Below, piece by piece: positions 10,331 to 21,419 of a stretch of 64,000 nucleotides of DNA (positions within the stretch are counted from its first letter, which is position 1; each line of letters opens with the position of its first letter). The stretch lies in assembly GCA_043228905.1 (NCBI GenBank), contig JBHGNT010000002.1, positions 23,188,001-23,252,000 of the forward strand, in the 5' to 3' direction. The translations under genes were made by a program, and so were the position numbers. Under the pieces are notes generated by a model. That model saw only the letters and a program-made list of their open reading frames with translations. It did not search any database and was not told where the DNA came from. This stretch comes from Azolla caroliniana (lineage: Eukaryota > Plantae > Polypodiophyta).

Positions 10331-13300
10331 ACTGTACGATAGAACCGAAACCGAAGGGACCCTGTACGATAGGTAGGAAAATTTGCTTCTCCAACAACGG
10401 AGGGTGTATGCTAGTCGGCATCGTTGGCTGGGAAAAGGCAAGGGCGGAAGTGCAACTTCGATCGCGCGGAGTTCTCGGCCCGGACGAGGAAATCAGCGGA
10501 GCCGTGGAGGCGGTCTCCTTCGACGACACCTTGGGAATGCTGAGGAAAGTAGCTGGAGAAGGCCTTAACGAAGACCGGACGATACCGGTATGTTCAGAAG
10601 AGATGTACGAAGTCATCGCGAACTTCAGTCAGGGGCTCGGGTCGGATCGGACGGCCCGAGTTAGCACGAAGTACAAGACTGTGGACCGGAAGGTAAGGCC
10701 AGTCCCGGCACCCTTGCCGGAGGGCAACGAGTCCCGAATCAGAGGGGTGGCGTCGGACCCCAGTTTACGAGATCCGGCCTGCATAGGACACACCTTCACC
10801 GACGGGACGCTCCGGGAGCTCAAGATCGGTGGGGGCGGGTTCCTACTGCCGGTGGAGGAAGACCGGTTTCGGAGAATGCTCGGAAGGCACGGGAAAGCCT
10901 TCGCATTCTCGCCGGAATAGATCGGGTGCGTAGACCCGACAATCGTGGAGCCGATGGTGATATTCACGGTTCCGCATGTGCCGTGGAATCTCAAGCTGAT
11001 TCCGGTACCAAGAGCTCACATCCCGGAGTTGATGGAGCTACTGAGGCAGAAAGTCGATATGGGTATTCTCGAACCGTCGAGCGCGCCATACTCGAACCGA
11101 TGGTTTACCGTACCAAAGAAAAACGGAACATTGCGCTTCATTCAGGACCTGCAGCCGGTCAACAGAGTGACCATTCGGAACGCAGGAATCGGACCGACCA
11201 TAGACGAGTTCGCGGAGGCCTTCGCCGGAAGGTCGATTTACTCGGTCGGTGATCTATACTCGGGGTACGACCAGTTCCAGCTAGCCGTGGAGAGCAGAGA
11301 CATTACGACGATGCGAACTCCCCTCGGCCTAGTGCGAATGTGTACCCTGCCACAAGGAGGGACCAACTCGGTGGCCCACATGGTGAATGCAATGAACAAG
11401 GTACTGAGGGATTGCATCCTGAACATCACCATGCCATTTCTAGACGACATTCCGATCAATGGGTGCCCGGTAGAAGAGAGGGCCGCAAGACTCAGACCGG
11501 ACGGATGCCGGCGATTGGTGGCAACACACATCGACGACTGCGAGAAGGTGCTACAAAGGCTAGAGGATGCGAGGCTCACCTTCTCCGGCAAAGGTAGAAG
11601 CCATCTCCGCGATGAAGACCGACTGTAGCTCGGTTACGGAAGTTCGGAGGTTCCTGGGGGCATGCGTATTCTACCACATATGGATCCCGCATTACGCCCA
11701 CGTTGCGGAGCCGCTATACGGGTTGCTGAAGAAAGGGCGAAAATTCGAGTGGCGAGACGAGCACACGGAGTCGGTCCGGAGGCTGAAGGAAGCTCTTGCG
11801 GCAGCACCGGCGCTCCGGAAGGCTGTCTAGGGGAAGGGTACCCCGGTATACATAACAGTGGATACGAGTCCGACTGGGATCGGATGGGTCGTCAACCAAG
11901 AGGACAAGAACGGCATTCGGTTCCCGATCTGATTCGGCGCGAAGGTTCTCAGTGAACGACAGCGAGGGTATGCCCAGGTTAAACGCGAACTCTGGGGTAT
12001 CGTTTCGGCAGTAAAGGCCGACAAAGACTACCTGATCGGGACAGAAGTGGTTATTGAGACGGATTGCCTGCCGATTCTCGGCATGGTTTCCGGATGCGCG
12101 ACACCAGACCTGGCGATGCTCCAGTGGATAGCGTACATCAAGTCCCTGGACCCGGAAATACGGCACATTTCCGGAAAGGGCAACGCCATGGCCGACATGC
12201 TTTCGAGGGCGAGGTTTGATGACGAGGGCGGCATGGTTTCGGAGGACGAAGAAGTCGGCGTGGACTTCTTCGAGGCGGCGTACGTAACAACCGATGGGAC
12301 GAGCACTACGGCACTTAACGACTTCAACGAGAGCAGGTACGATGGCGAGTGGCTCCAGATCAGGGGATTTTTGAGGACAATGACGCCGGATGCGTCATGG
12401 ACGAAGGACGAGGCCAACCGGATCCGGAAGAAAGCATACCGATTCTTTCTCCGGGACGGATACTTATGGAAGCACCCGAAGAAGAGGAACGGCGTCCCGC
12501 TCCGGGTGGTGGCGATGAAGGAAGAACAGGAGGAGCTGTTGACGGCCTACCACGACAGCCCTTGTGCTGGACACCTTGGAACGTGGGCCACGTTCGAGAA
12601 GATAAAGGGGAAGTACTGGTGGCTGGGACTGTACCGGGACGTGCATCGGTTCGTGACAACTTGCGAGAGCTGTCAAATGCACTCCGTAGTCCGACATCGG
12701 GACGAGCTTCACCCTACGTACCCTCCGACCATCCACTTCAAATGGATGGTAGACCTGGTGACGATGCCGATGGGAGTAGGACAGATGCGGTATCTGGTCC
12801 TGCCTCGGGAAGATCTGACGAACCAGGTAGAAGGCCGGGCCCTTCAGAACAAAACGACCTCGGCCGTATGTCGGTTCCTGATTGAGGACGTGATATGCCG
12901 GTACGGGTGCGTCGGGAAGATCGTGGCTGATCGCGGGGAGTTGGACTCCGAAGAGGCCGAGGAGCTGTTCGACCGGCTAGGAGTCAAGCTCTCGCTTACC
13001 ACTGCGTACAATCCGGAGGGGAATGGAAAGGTGGAGCGCGGACACGGACCGATCGTCAAGGCGTTAGTTCGGGCATGCGGAGGTCAAGTCGGGAACTGGC
13101 CGCGGCTGCTGCCTTACGCGTTGTGGGCGGACCGAACTACGCACAGTTCGGTAACCGGATTCATGTCGGCAGAGCTCATGTTTGGGCAGAAGCCGGTCAT
13201 GCCGATGGAACGCACGATCTCCTCGTGGGCAACCGTGGACTGGAGAGATGAGATGAGCCGGGAGGAACTGCTGGCGGCGCGTATACGACAGCTCGAGCGA

Positions 13301-13687
13301 AGATCGGAGGACGTGGAGCAGGCTGCGGAAAAGCTTCAGGAAGCAAGGATGAGGAACAAAGCCCAGTTCGACCGAACGCACCAACTCCGACCGAAGAAGA
13401 TCGAGGAAGGCGACTGGGTGCTAGTCTACGACAGCAGCCTTGACAACCAGCACCGAGCGACACGGAAGTTCCCAAGAAGGTGGTTCGGGCCTTACGTGGT
13501 ACAAAGCGCCAACGACAACGGGACGTACCATCTGGCGGAACTCGACAGTACGAGAATGGCGATATCGGTAGCGGGGAAGCGGATCAAAGCGTTCAAGAAG
13601 CGTCACGACGACGAGCCGGATCCGGTTGGCCTGGACCGCGACGACGAACGATCCGAAACCGAGGAAGAACCGACGGGCGGGGAATGA
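10270..13687 (+). pseudogene. Pol (RT-RNaseH-integrase) of element D, disrupted
   Basis: RT: LRFIQDLQPVN, DLYSGYDQ, LPQGGTNS, PFLDDI; RNaseH: ITVDTS, IETDC; INT: HHCC (H..GH..CESC), DLV, ADRGE, NGKVER, WFGPY; no chromodomain. Confidence 0.92.
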
Positions 13688-13760
13688 AGGCTGGACCGGT
13701 TTTCTCCGTCCCAACTCAATTTGGCGCATGCCGGTGGATGCGCGGTTAGGTGGGGGCGGA

Positions 13761-14396
13761 TGTCGTGAGGAAAACCGTCCACAAGCGGAATCGGTGCACA
13801 GGAGCGTAGGAACCGGCTCTTCTCGAATGTTGTCCATAGAAGATCCTAGGCAGGTAGATTTAGTGGGTAGGAAGTAAAGGGGAAACGGCTCCTTCCTTGC
13901 CTATAAAAAGGAGGGAGACGAGAAGGGGGAGGGGATCGCGGAGAGTCGAGGACGAAGTGTTGTCGGTTTGCGTGCGAAGGCTTCTCTCTCTCTCTCTCTG
14001 GTTCGCAAACTCCATAGCTTCCTTTTGTGCAGGTTTCGGGAGGCTCGCGCTGCTCTGAGGAATGCTCGAGTGCTTCCGGCAGCACCTCCAACCTGCTCCT
14101 GTCTTTCTGCGCGTTTACGAACAGGCATCGGCATCTGTTCGCTGGCCTGTTCGGTTGTAACCGACTTCGTGTTTTTGTTGCTTCCGTGTTCTTGTTGTTG
14201 TTTTTGTTAATACATACATACATAAATTCGTGTCTCTCTGTGTCGCTGTCCCACTCGCGTCTTTGTGTCGAAGGGTCGTGTCCCTGTGAATCTACGCTCG
14301 CACGTAGTGGGTCTCTTTTCCTTTCTCTCTTGTTCTTCGGTACAGGACCCCTGAGGTCCCGCCTCATTCCACGCATCCGCGAGGAAAACCTCGACA
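13761..14396 (+). repeat. 3' LTR of element D
   Basis: Preceded by AGGTGGGGGCGGA, followed by TSD ACGG. Confidence 0.95.
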
Positions 14397-14490
14397 ACGG
14401 TACGTCGGTACCACGGGAGAGGGTGCGGATTAAACCGCCCTCTCGGCATGCGGAAAAGGACGACCCGGGACAGGGTCGGGAAGACAAATC

Positions 14491-14716
14491 GGCGGTCGAC
14501 GGAGTATCCTTCACACCGGTTCTAGAGATTTTGGCAGTCGGCAACGCGATCGACGTAAGACCAAGATACTGACGGTGGCGGCGAGGTGACGAAGGCAAAA
14601 GGGGCTACGGAAGGGCGGTCGACGGAGGATCCTTCACACCGGTTCTAGAGACTTTGGCAGTCGGCAACGCGGTCGACGTAAGACCAAGATACTGACGGTG
14701 GCGGTGAGGTGACGAA
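14491..14716 (+). repeat. 123-bp tandem duplication inside element B, with degenerate related units to ~15330
   Basis: GGCGGTCGACGGAG.ATCCTTCACACCGGTTCTAGAGA.TTTGGCAGTCGGCAACGCG starts at 14491 and 14614. Confidence 0.85.
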
Positions 14717-15785
14717 GACAAAATGGGCGTAAGGAAGTCCGGTCCTACGGGATCCCCACACCAGTTCCCGAGACTCCAGTTGTGCTGCCATCGTGGCAAC
14801 GTAAGACCGAGGGGGAAGGAAGGTGGCAGCGGGAAACGGGACCCGGCTACGCGGAAGACACGAGGAGAGTCCGGGAGGGACTCAAACAAAAGACACCCGA
14901 ATACGGCTAGCATAGAGACGGAGTCCGGTCCTATGGGACCCTCACACTGATCCGGAGACTCCGGCAGTTCGGCCAACGTGGCAACGTGAGACCGAGGGAG
15001 AAGGACGGTGGCGGCAGGGAATGGGACCCAACGACACGAGGTTTCGGAAGGAGCCGGTAAGGGCAAACACGGAGAGGTGTGTCAGGCCGGAAAGGTACAC
15101 CTTGGATAGAACATGAGTCTCGCAAGTGGCCATCGCGGGCCGGATCGAAGCGTGACTACGGGAAGGTGCCAAACAACGGGCGAGGGTACATGGCACACGG
15201 AGGTGCCGAAGCGGGAAGGCGAGCGCGGAGGACGTCGGAAAGGGATCCTCCACACCGTTCTGGAGACCATGGCGGTTCGAGCCGACGCGGCAATGTAAGA
15301 CCATGGAGAAGGAAGGTGGCGGCGGAAGGACGGCGCGGCGAAACACCAAGATCGACGACATAGGCCGAGCGCGATCGGCATGAGCAGAGAGTCGTATCTA
15401 GGAAAACGGAGGAGATGCGCGGGGAGCAACGGGGTACACACCCGGAAGGGAAGCACAGGCATCGGATACGGCGGGTCGGATGTAGTCGGTGGTTCAAGGA
15501 CCCACGGTGGACGTGGCAGATCGGGTGGAGGCAACGACTCGGCGAACATCGTCGAGTGTGGCGGATTGGATGGCGCCGACGGTTCGAGACCATTCGGCGA
15601 GGATGGTGGGCCGGAAGGCGGCGGTGGTTCGTGTGGACGGGGTGGTCTTGCTCAAAGTAGAAGACAAAGCCGGACGGGTCCGCGAGGACGCTAAGGACTC
15701 GGTCGGTCGTGGTGGCCGAAAATCTCGTGTTCTCTCCCCTATGTTTTGGCACATACCGGAGGATGTGCCGTTAGGTGGGGGCGAA

Positions 15786-16553
15786 TGCGTGAAGATTTTC
15801 GTCCACAAGCGGAAACCGGGAAACATTGGCTACATCGGCGGGGTGCAGCGTGTGTACGCACCCATGTACATTTAGTGTGAATATCGAGGGCGCCTTTATG
15901 GCGCCGAAGAGTAGTTAAGTCGGGACAGACAATCCCATGTAAGTCGGGATTTGTCCCACATTGTAACGCATCCCTTTCCTTGTTCTATAAAAGGAAGGGA
16001 ACGCCCTTTGTGAAAGGGTTGCCCATTTTGCATTAGAGGGTATATCGTTAGGTTCAGAGTTAGCTTCTTCTTCTTCTTCTTCTTCTCCTTCGTGTTCGCT
16101 TAGGGTTTGCTGCAGCTCATCTCTTGTGCAAGACCCCGCTCGGCGCGACGAGCCCGAGAGCTCCCCGACGGCGGCTTGACAGCAGACAACTGTTGTAAGC
16201 TATCTTGGTCCGGCTCGAAGCCGGGAATGTACTCTTCATATATATACATACATATACATTTACGTTTTTCTGTGTATATTCGCGTTGTTGTTGGCGTCGG
16301 GTGCTTACCCTCTCCTACGTTTTCTGTACATAAGGCGTGAGTCGAGTTGAGTTGTGTGTATGAGTGTATGGCTGTGTGTGTGTGTGTCTGTGCGTGAGTC
16401 GGTGTTAATCTCTCTCTCTCCCTTCGGTTGCTTCCGGTGTGTTTCTGGGATGCCCCGGAAACAGTGAAGCACGACTTCCTACGCTCCATCACTCTCTAGT
16501 CCAAGACCCCCGTGGTCCCGCCTTTCTCCACGCACGCGCGTAACAACACGACA
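15786..16553 (+). repeat. 3' LTR of element B
   Basis: TG(T)CGTGAAG..CACGACA, direct repeat of 4917-5681. Confidence 0.93.
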
Positions 16554-16903
16554 GTGCGTCATCAAGCCCGTATTTTTCAAGGAGCCGAGCTTCAAACTCT
16601 TCCGAGGTTCGACTCTCAGATCGTACCTCAAGCACCTCCGCGTGGATGCCCGGCATCGCCACCCGAGGGAATCCCGCCAATCGCCTGTCCTCCGGGATGT
16701 CCCTCATCACCATTTCGGCTCGATAGGCCTCCAAATAGCTCGTGGCGTCCTTCCCACCGAACCGGCCTATCGTGCCCACGACCGCTTCAATAGCCCTATC
16801 GAGGGCGCATGTGCCTTCGCGAGCACTCACTATCCGATCCACAACCGAGGCCATGGCTTCTGCAAGTTCCGACCCTCTCATCTTTCTATTCCTTTGCCGC
16901 TTG

Positions 16904-16921
16904 TTCACATCGGGTTCACCA
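16904..16921 (-). promoter_or_regulatory. Primer binding site, tRNA-Trp (element A)
   Basis: TGGTGAACCCGATGTGAA on minus, one mismatch, same TCTT spacer. Confidence 0.85.
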
Positions 16922-16925
16922 AAGA

Positions 16926-18249
16926 TGTCGCGTTGTTACGTGCGTGCGTGGAGAATGAGGCGGGACCATCGGAGCCTCAAACCGAGAAATAACCGAATGA
17001 AGGGAGGGGAAGGACTCTTACGATGTAATTCACACGCGCACAGACCCACAAAATCACAGGAATTGCAATTAGCTATAGAACGCCAGATGGAGATAGAGCA
17101 AATGTTTATGTATATATATATATGAAGGAAGGTGTTACAACCGTCAAGCCAACGAGTGATGGGCACTGACGCCTACGCGCACACACACAGAGAACGCGAG
17201 ATGGAGATAGAACGAATGTTTATGTATATATATATATGAAAGAAGGTGTTACAACCGGCAAGCCGGCGAGTGATGGGCACCGACGCCTACGCACACACAC
17301 AGACAGAACGCGAGATGGAGACTCTACCGGTAGCACTCGGGCGTCCCGCTGTCGTGAAGATTTCCGGCTACAGTGTGAAACCGGGGTGGAATGGGCAAGT
17401 CGGTGGTGTGCAACATGTGCACATGTATACTAGGAAACGGTGTATAGAAAGAATATGGGAAATTTTATCCCACATTGTAAGATCCCTCCCTCCTTGGGCT
17501 ATAAAAGGAAGGGAGGGGTCACTTATGAAGGGGTTGCCTATTTTGCATATGAAAGGTATACCACTTAGTCTAGAGTTCTTACCGTTTTAGGGTTAGGGTT
17601 TCGTTATTCACCCTCGGTTAGGGTTTTCTCATAATCGTTTGGTGCGGCCCATGCGGCCACCATTGTTGTAATCATTCGTTTGTTTTAATATATCTTGTTT
17701 AGTATCTTACCTCCACCGATCTCTCCTTCGATGTGGTGATCTTATTCTTTCTTCTTCTCCTCTTGAGCTAAGCTTCCAAACATATCTTATTCTTTCTCCT
17801 CTACTCCCTAGTCCAAGACCTCCGTGGTCCCGCCCCTTCTACACGCACTCGCGTAACAACGCGACACCGCGGAGTAGAGTTAGCCTCCCAAAACCCGCAC
17901 AGAACAATAAAAGGGGCGATGGAGGAGAGGAGAGGAGAAGGGCTTGGTCCCAATCCATCAACACTTCGTCCTCTGCTAAAACGCGATATATTTTTCATAT
18001 TACCTCTCCCTCTCTTTTATAGCCTAAGGAGAGAGGCCATTACCATCCGTCACATCATGTTTATTCCCTGTCCTTTCGGACAGGGATACACCTCAATTCC
18101 CTCCCTACTGAATGCGTGCTACTTAGGATTTCGCCTCAGGCGACTTGTACCTACCTACGGACTATACAACAAAACTTGTGCCCACGTGTAAGGGCCTGTT
18201 TACGCACGTTATACTCGGTTTCTGCCTAGGGACGGTTTTCTCCACAACA
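16926..18249 (-). repeat. 5' LTR of element A (contains ~115-bp internal tandem duplication at ~17085-17320 and a solo LTR insertion)
   Basis: TG..CA termini similar to other family LTRs; abuts PBS on one side and copia copy 2 on the other. Confidence 0.85.
17350..17866 (+). mobile_element. Solo LTR related to the element B LTR
   Basis: TGTCGTGAAGATTT..CGCGACA, TSD CCGC (17346-17349 / 17867-17870). Confidence 0.92.
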
Positions 18250-18896
18250 ACGAGGATATCAACCAAAAATAAGTCACCCTCTTTGAGTGTGACATATAAA
18301 GGGTAAAAAGAGTGTACCTTTGGTCTTCGAGCAAGCAAGAGGTTCCCTTTGTGGAGTGTCCACCCTCCTGATGAGAACCCGGCACGGATGCCGGCTTTCT
18401 CAAGTTGTCCAACTGAGATAACGGGACTTGAAAGCTCAGGAACTTGTCAGACGTTGTGTAGTATGACTGTAGAGCCACTCGGAAGGTTGAGCTCTACGAT
18501 GCAGATTCCGATTATGGCACAATGTTGCGAGTTCCCGACTCGAACTGAGTCGGAGTGTCGATCTGAGTATTGCCGAAACTGAGATCGGTGAGGTGTCACA
18601 TGATATGATGTGCCCGAGTCCAGGAGCCATGTGCTCGATTCCTCAGTCATAAGGAGAACTTCTTATTCGATTGGGTTCTCTATGGACAGTCTGTTCGGGT
18701 CGGTCATCAAAATTTCGGCTGAAGAGCCGACGTAGTTAACCTCCTCATGCCGGCTACTCTTCTGATCCGCTCTCTGAGCTTTGTCGGTTTTTGCTTTGAG
18801 TGCCCGACAGTCGGCTTTGATGTGTCCTGGTTTCTTGCAGTAGTTGCAGATTCGGTTGTCCCAGGACTTGCTCCGACTTCGTTGATTGTTCGGCGG

Positions 18897-19844
18897 TGTC
18901 GGGGTAGTTGTTGTTCGTGCGGCGAAGTCGCGGGGACTAAGGTTAAGGGGAGTTGAAGAAACTTAACTTTTAATAAGGCTTGTATGGTGATGATAGAGTG
19001 GTTAAGGATAGTAAGAAGAAGAGTTACGAGTAATGTGTGTGTGTGTGCGAGAGAGAGAGATGAGCATAGATAAAAGATAGAGACAATGTATGCTTCAAGA
19101 AAGAAGATTGAGACAAAGTATGATTCTAGAAAGAAGATTGAGATAAAGTATGATTCAAGGAACAAGAGTATATGATATAAACATGATGTATATTAAAAAT
19201 ATAATATTTTACCAACTTTACAATCCTCGATCGCAAACTGAACACATTCTGTATCGACCCTTGATTTGAACCCACGACCTCAACTTCGAAACGAGAGGTT
19301 CTCCACCCAATGAGCTAGTCTTCTTTAATTGATTGTATTATTTTCTCACTCTCTCTTGATTCCTTTTGTTTTCCTTGCCCCTCTTTTTATAAGTGTTGTC
19401 ATGCATATGGTAATGTATGGGAGCATGTCATGCATGCAATGCATGAGTTACATGTAATGCATGATCGCCATTTGGCGCACATGTATTGCACGTGATGCAT
19501 GGTAGCCATCATGCTCACTTGAGCTCCCATGTATGAAAATAGATATGGGATAAGTATAATGATGAAAATGCATTCTAAAATAACTAACCTAGCTTAGTGG
19601 TGTATACTTTGTGTTTGGCATACAAGGTTGAGAGTTCAAGTCTCTCAATTTTACTTAATACAATATATAGCTTCATTCTTATATCATGAAGCACATTTAT
19701 TACACACTTTTACAAATAAATAGCCTAGCCTAGTGGTATGTACATTGTACTTCGTTTATAAGGGTGTGGGTTCAAGTCTCTCAAATATTATTAAATACAA
19801 CATTTAAGCTCATTTTTATATCGTGAAGCACATTCTTCACGACA
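18897..19844 (-). mobile_element. Solo LTR with three tRNA-like modules (second copy of 3747-4698)
   Basis: Reverse complement of 3747-4698; TSD GCGG confirmed against the uninterrupted copia copy at ~2183-2190. Confidence 0.9.
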
Positions 19845-21116
19845 GCGGTCGGGAAGAACTTCTTCCCCGGTTGTTCGATCAGTCGGTCGAACCTTGTACT
19901 ACATAAGCTTCATCTGCCAAGTCTTTGGCGAAAGACTTTCTCCAAGCTGCTTCAGTCAAGATTGCGCTCGTGATTTCGGAGTACTTAATGGCAGTTGTTG
20001 GAGCATTGCACACTGTTGTGACGAAAGTTTCCCAAGAAGAGGGGAGACTACTCATGAGTATCATTGCTTTGAGTTCATCCTCTATTGTCGTCCCCTGAGA
20101 CGATATTTGGGAGCTTAGGCTTTCATACTCGTTGAGGTGTGCCTGAACTGAATTGGATTCTTTCATTTGCAAGTTGTAGAGGCGCCAGATCAAATACATC
20201 TTCGTTACAGCGACCTTCTTTGAATAAGTTTCCAAAAGTGTTTTGCAAAGTTCAAAAGTTTTCCAGCATGATTGCACTGTGAAGTACACTGACTCCGACA
20301 AGTGCATCCAAATTGTGGCGCGGACGATTCTGTCCAGCTTTAGCCACTCGTTTGCGTTGTATGCTTATGGAGGATTTTCATTCTTAATCGGGTCTATTTG
20401 ACCCTTGACTATGAGATAGTCCTGCATTTGTTCCTTCGAGAAGTTGAAGTTCGAACCGTCGAACCTCCTTAGGCTCATCTCCGATGAGTCGGATGTTGAT
20501 GCCATCTGATTCGGTTTCAGTTGATAAGACTCTGTTCGGAGTTGACTAGTAACCTTAGTGGGGTGCAGCCGGTCGGCTCACCCGAAATCGTTCTAGTTGG
20601 TCTTGAACCCGAGTCGGTTTGGATTCGGATACTTGTTTGTTGAACCTTCTTGGAGTGACTCCGGTTAGCTTCCGATTGTATGCCGAATACCGATCACAAG
20701 AAACCAATTGTTTAGGCCGATTCTGCTTCGGATGATTGCAACGATGAGAGGAATGAATCCAACTGATCCTCCCAAATGTCGATCAGCCGAATGAAGCACG
20801 AATTTGGTTGTTACCTGGAGACCAATATGCAGCGGGTGGTTACAACAAGCGGGTGAATAGCGTCCGGTGACCTATTCGGATGTTGTTTAACCAAATGAAG
20901 CACGATTGGGTCGGGTGTTGCACAAGGAGCTCACCTCAAGTGGTTACAATCACAAGAACAGAGTACAGCCGGCTAGCTTACTCCAAATAGTGATTTAACA
21001 TAGTGAGATGTAGACTTCTTGTTCGTCTTCTCTCTTCTCTATTCTTCAAGAGAAACAAAAAAATAATGTTGTGTGGGGTACTATGACGGCCGACAACGGG
21101 TTGAAGAACCTCCAAC

Positions 21117-21128
21117 GCTCTAATACCA
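21117..21128 (-). promoter_or_regulatory. Primer binding site, initiator tRNA-Met
   Basis: TGGTATTAGAGC versus canonical TGGTATCAGAGC, 2 nt from the LTR CA. Confidence 0.85.
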
Positions 21129-21419
21129 AATGTTGGGGACAAGGTCATCAGTGCGGAAGAACAAACAACATTTGTGATGTTGAAGGACCTATGTATGAGA
21201 ATGAACAAGATACACTAAGAGAGAGAGAGAGAGATAGGCACAAAGAAACGTTTTATTTCTTAATAGCAACAGTTACAAATGACAACCAACACCACTAAAG
21301 GTTACAAAGTCACTTTATATAGTGACTATCCTAGGGCAACTACCCTTTATGCTATTTATAGAAATAGCCCAAGCTTGGGCTATCCAAAGGGACAATGTGA
21401 ATATTGCCATTATACACTC

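Larger units (their letters stand above)
7469..14396 (+). mobile_element. Element D: near full-length non-chromovirus Ty3/gypsy retrotransposon (Trp PBS, 4-bp TSD; Phygy/Selgy/Ylt1-like by inference)
   Basis: LTRs 7469-8102 and 13761-14396, TSD ACGG both sides, PBS 8107-8124, PPT 13748-13760, gag-PR then RT-RH-INT; several stops and a deletion/frameshift near 11590. Confidence 0.95.
4917..16553 (+). mobile_element. Element B: non-autonomous (gag-only, pol-less) Trp-primed LTR element, interrupted by element D
   Basis: LTRs 4917-5681 and 15786-16553; TSD GCGC/GTGC; PBS 5686-5703; PPT-like AGGTGGGGGCGAA before 15786; internal 5682-7468 plus 14401-15785 shows gag-like ORF and repeats, no RT/INT motifs. 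Confidence 0.9.
2950..18249 (-). mobile_element. Element A: tRNA-Trp-primed Ty3/gypsy element, 3'-truncated (5' LTR, PBS and gag only), host to three nested insertions
   Basis: 5' LTR 18249-16926 (TGTTGTGGAG..CGCGACA on minus), PBS 16904-16921, gag ATG 16881; gag pieces 16881-16554, 4916-4699 and 3746-2950 rejoin in frame (KYGLDDALRMSKRNF; LETDDGLTTDW) once inserts and one TSD copy are removed. Confidence 0.9.
18250..21395 (-). mobile_element. Ty1/copia element copy 2 (same family as 1-2956): partial 5' LTR, Met-i PBS, gag, protease
   Basis: 18250-20610 aligns with 1536-2956; PBS TGGTATTAGAGC at 21128-21117; LTR boundary at 21131; distal LTR end uncertain. Confidence 0.9.

Noticed and set aside
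5533-16000. Many 100-260 aa antisense or alternative-frame ORFs in the GC-rich gypsy elements
   Set aside because: Expected shadows of stop-poor GC-rich coding and LTR sequence; no motifs.
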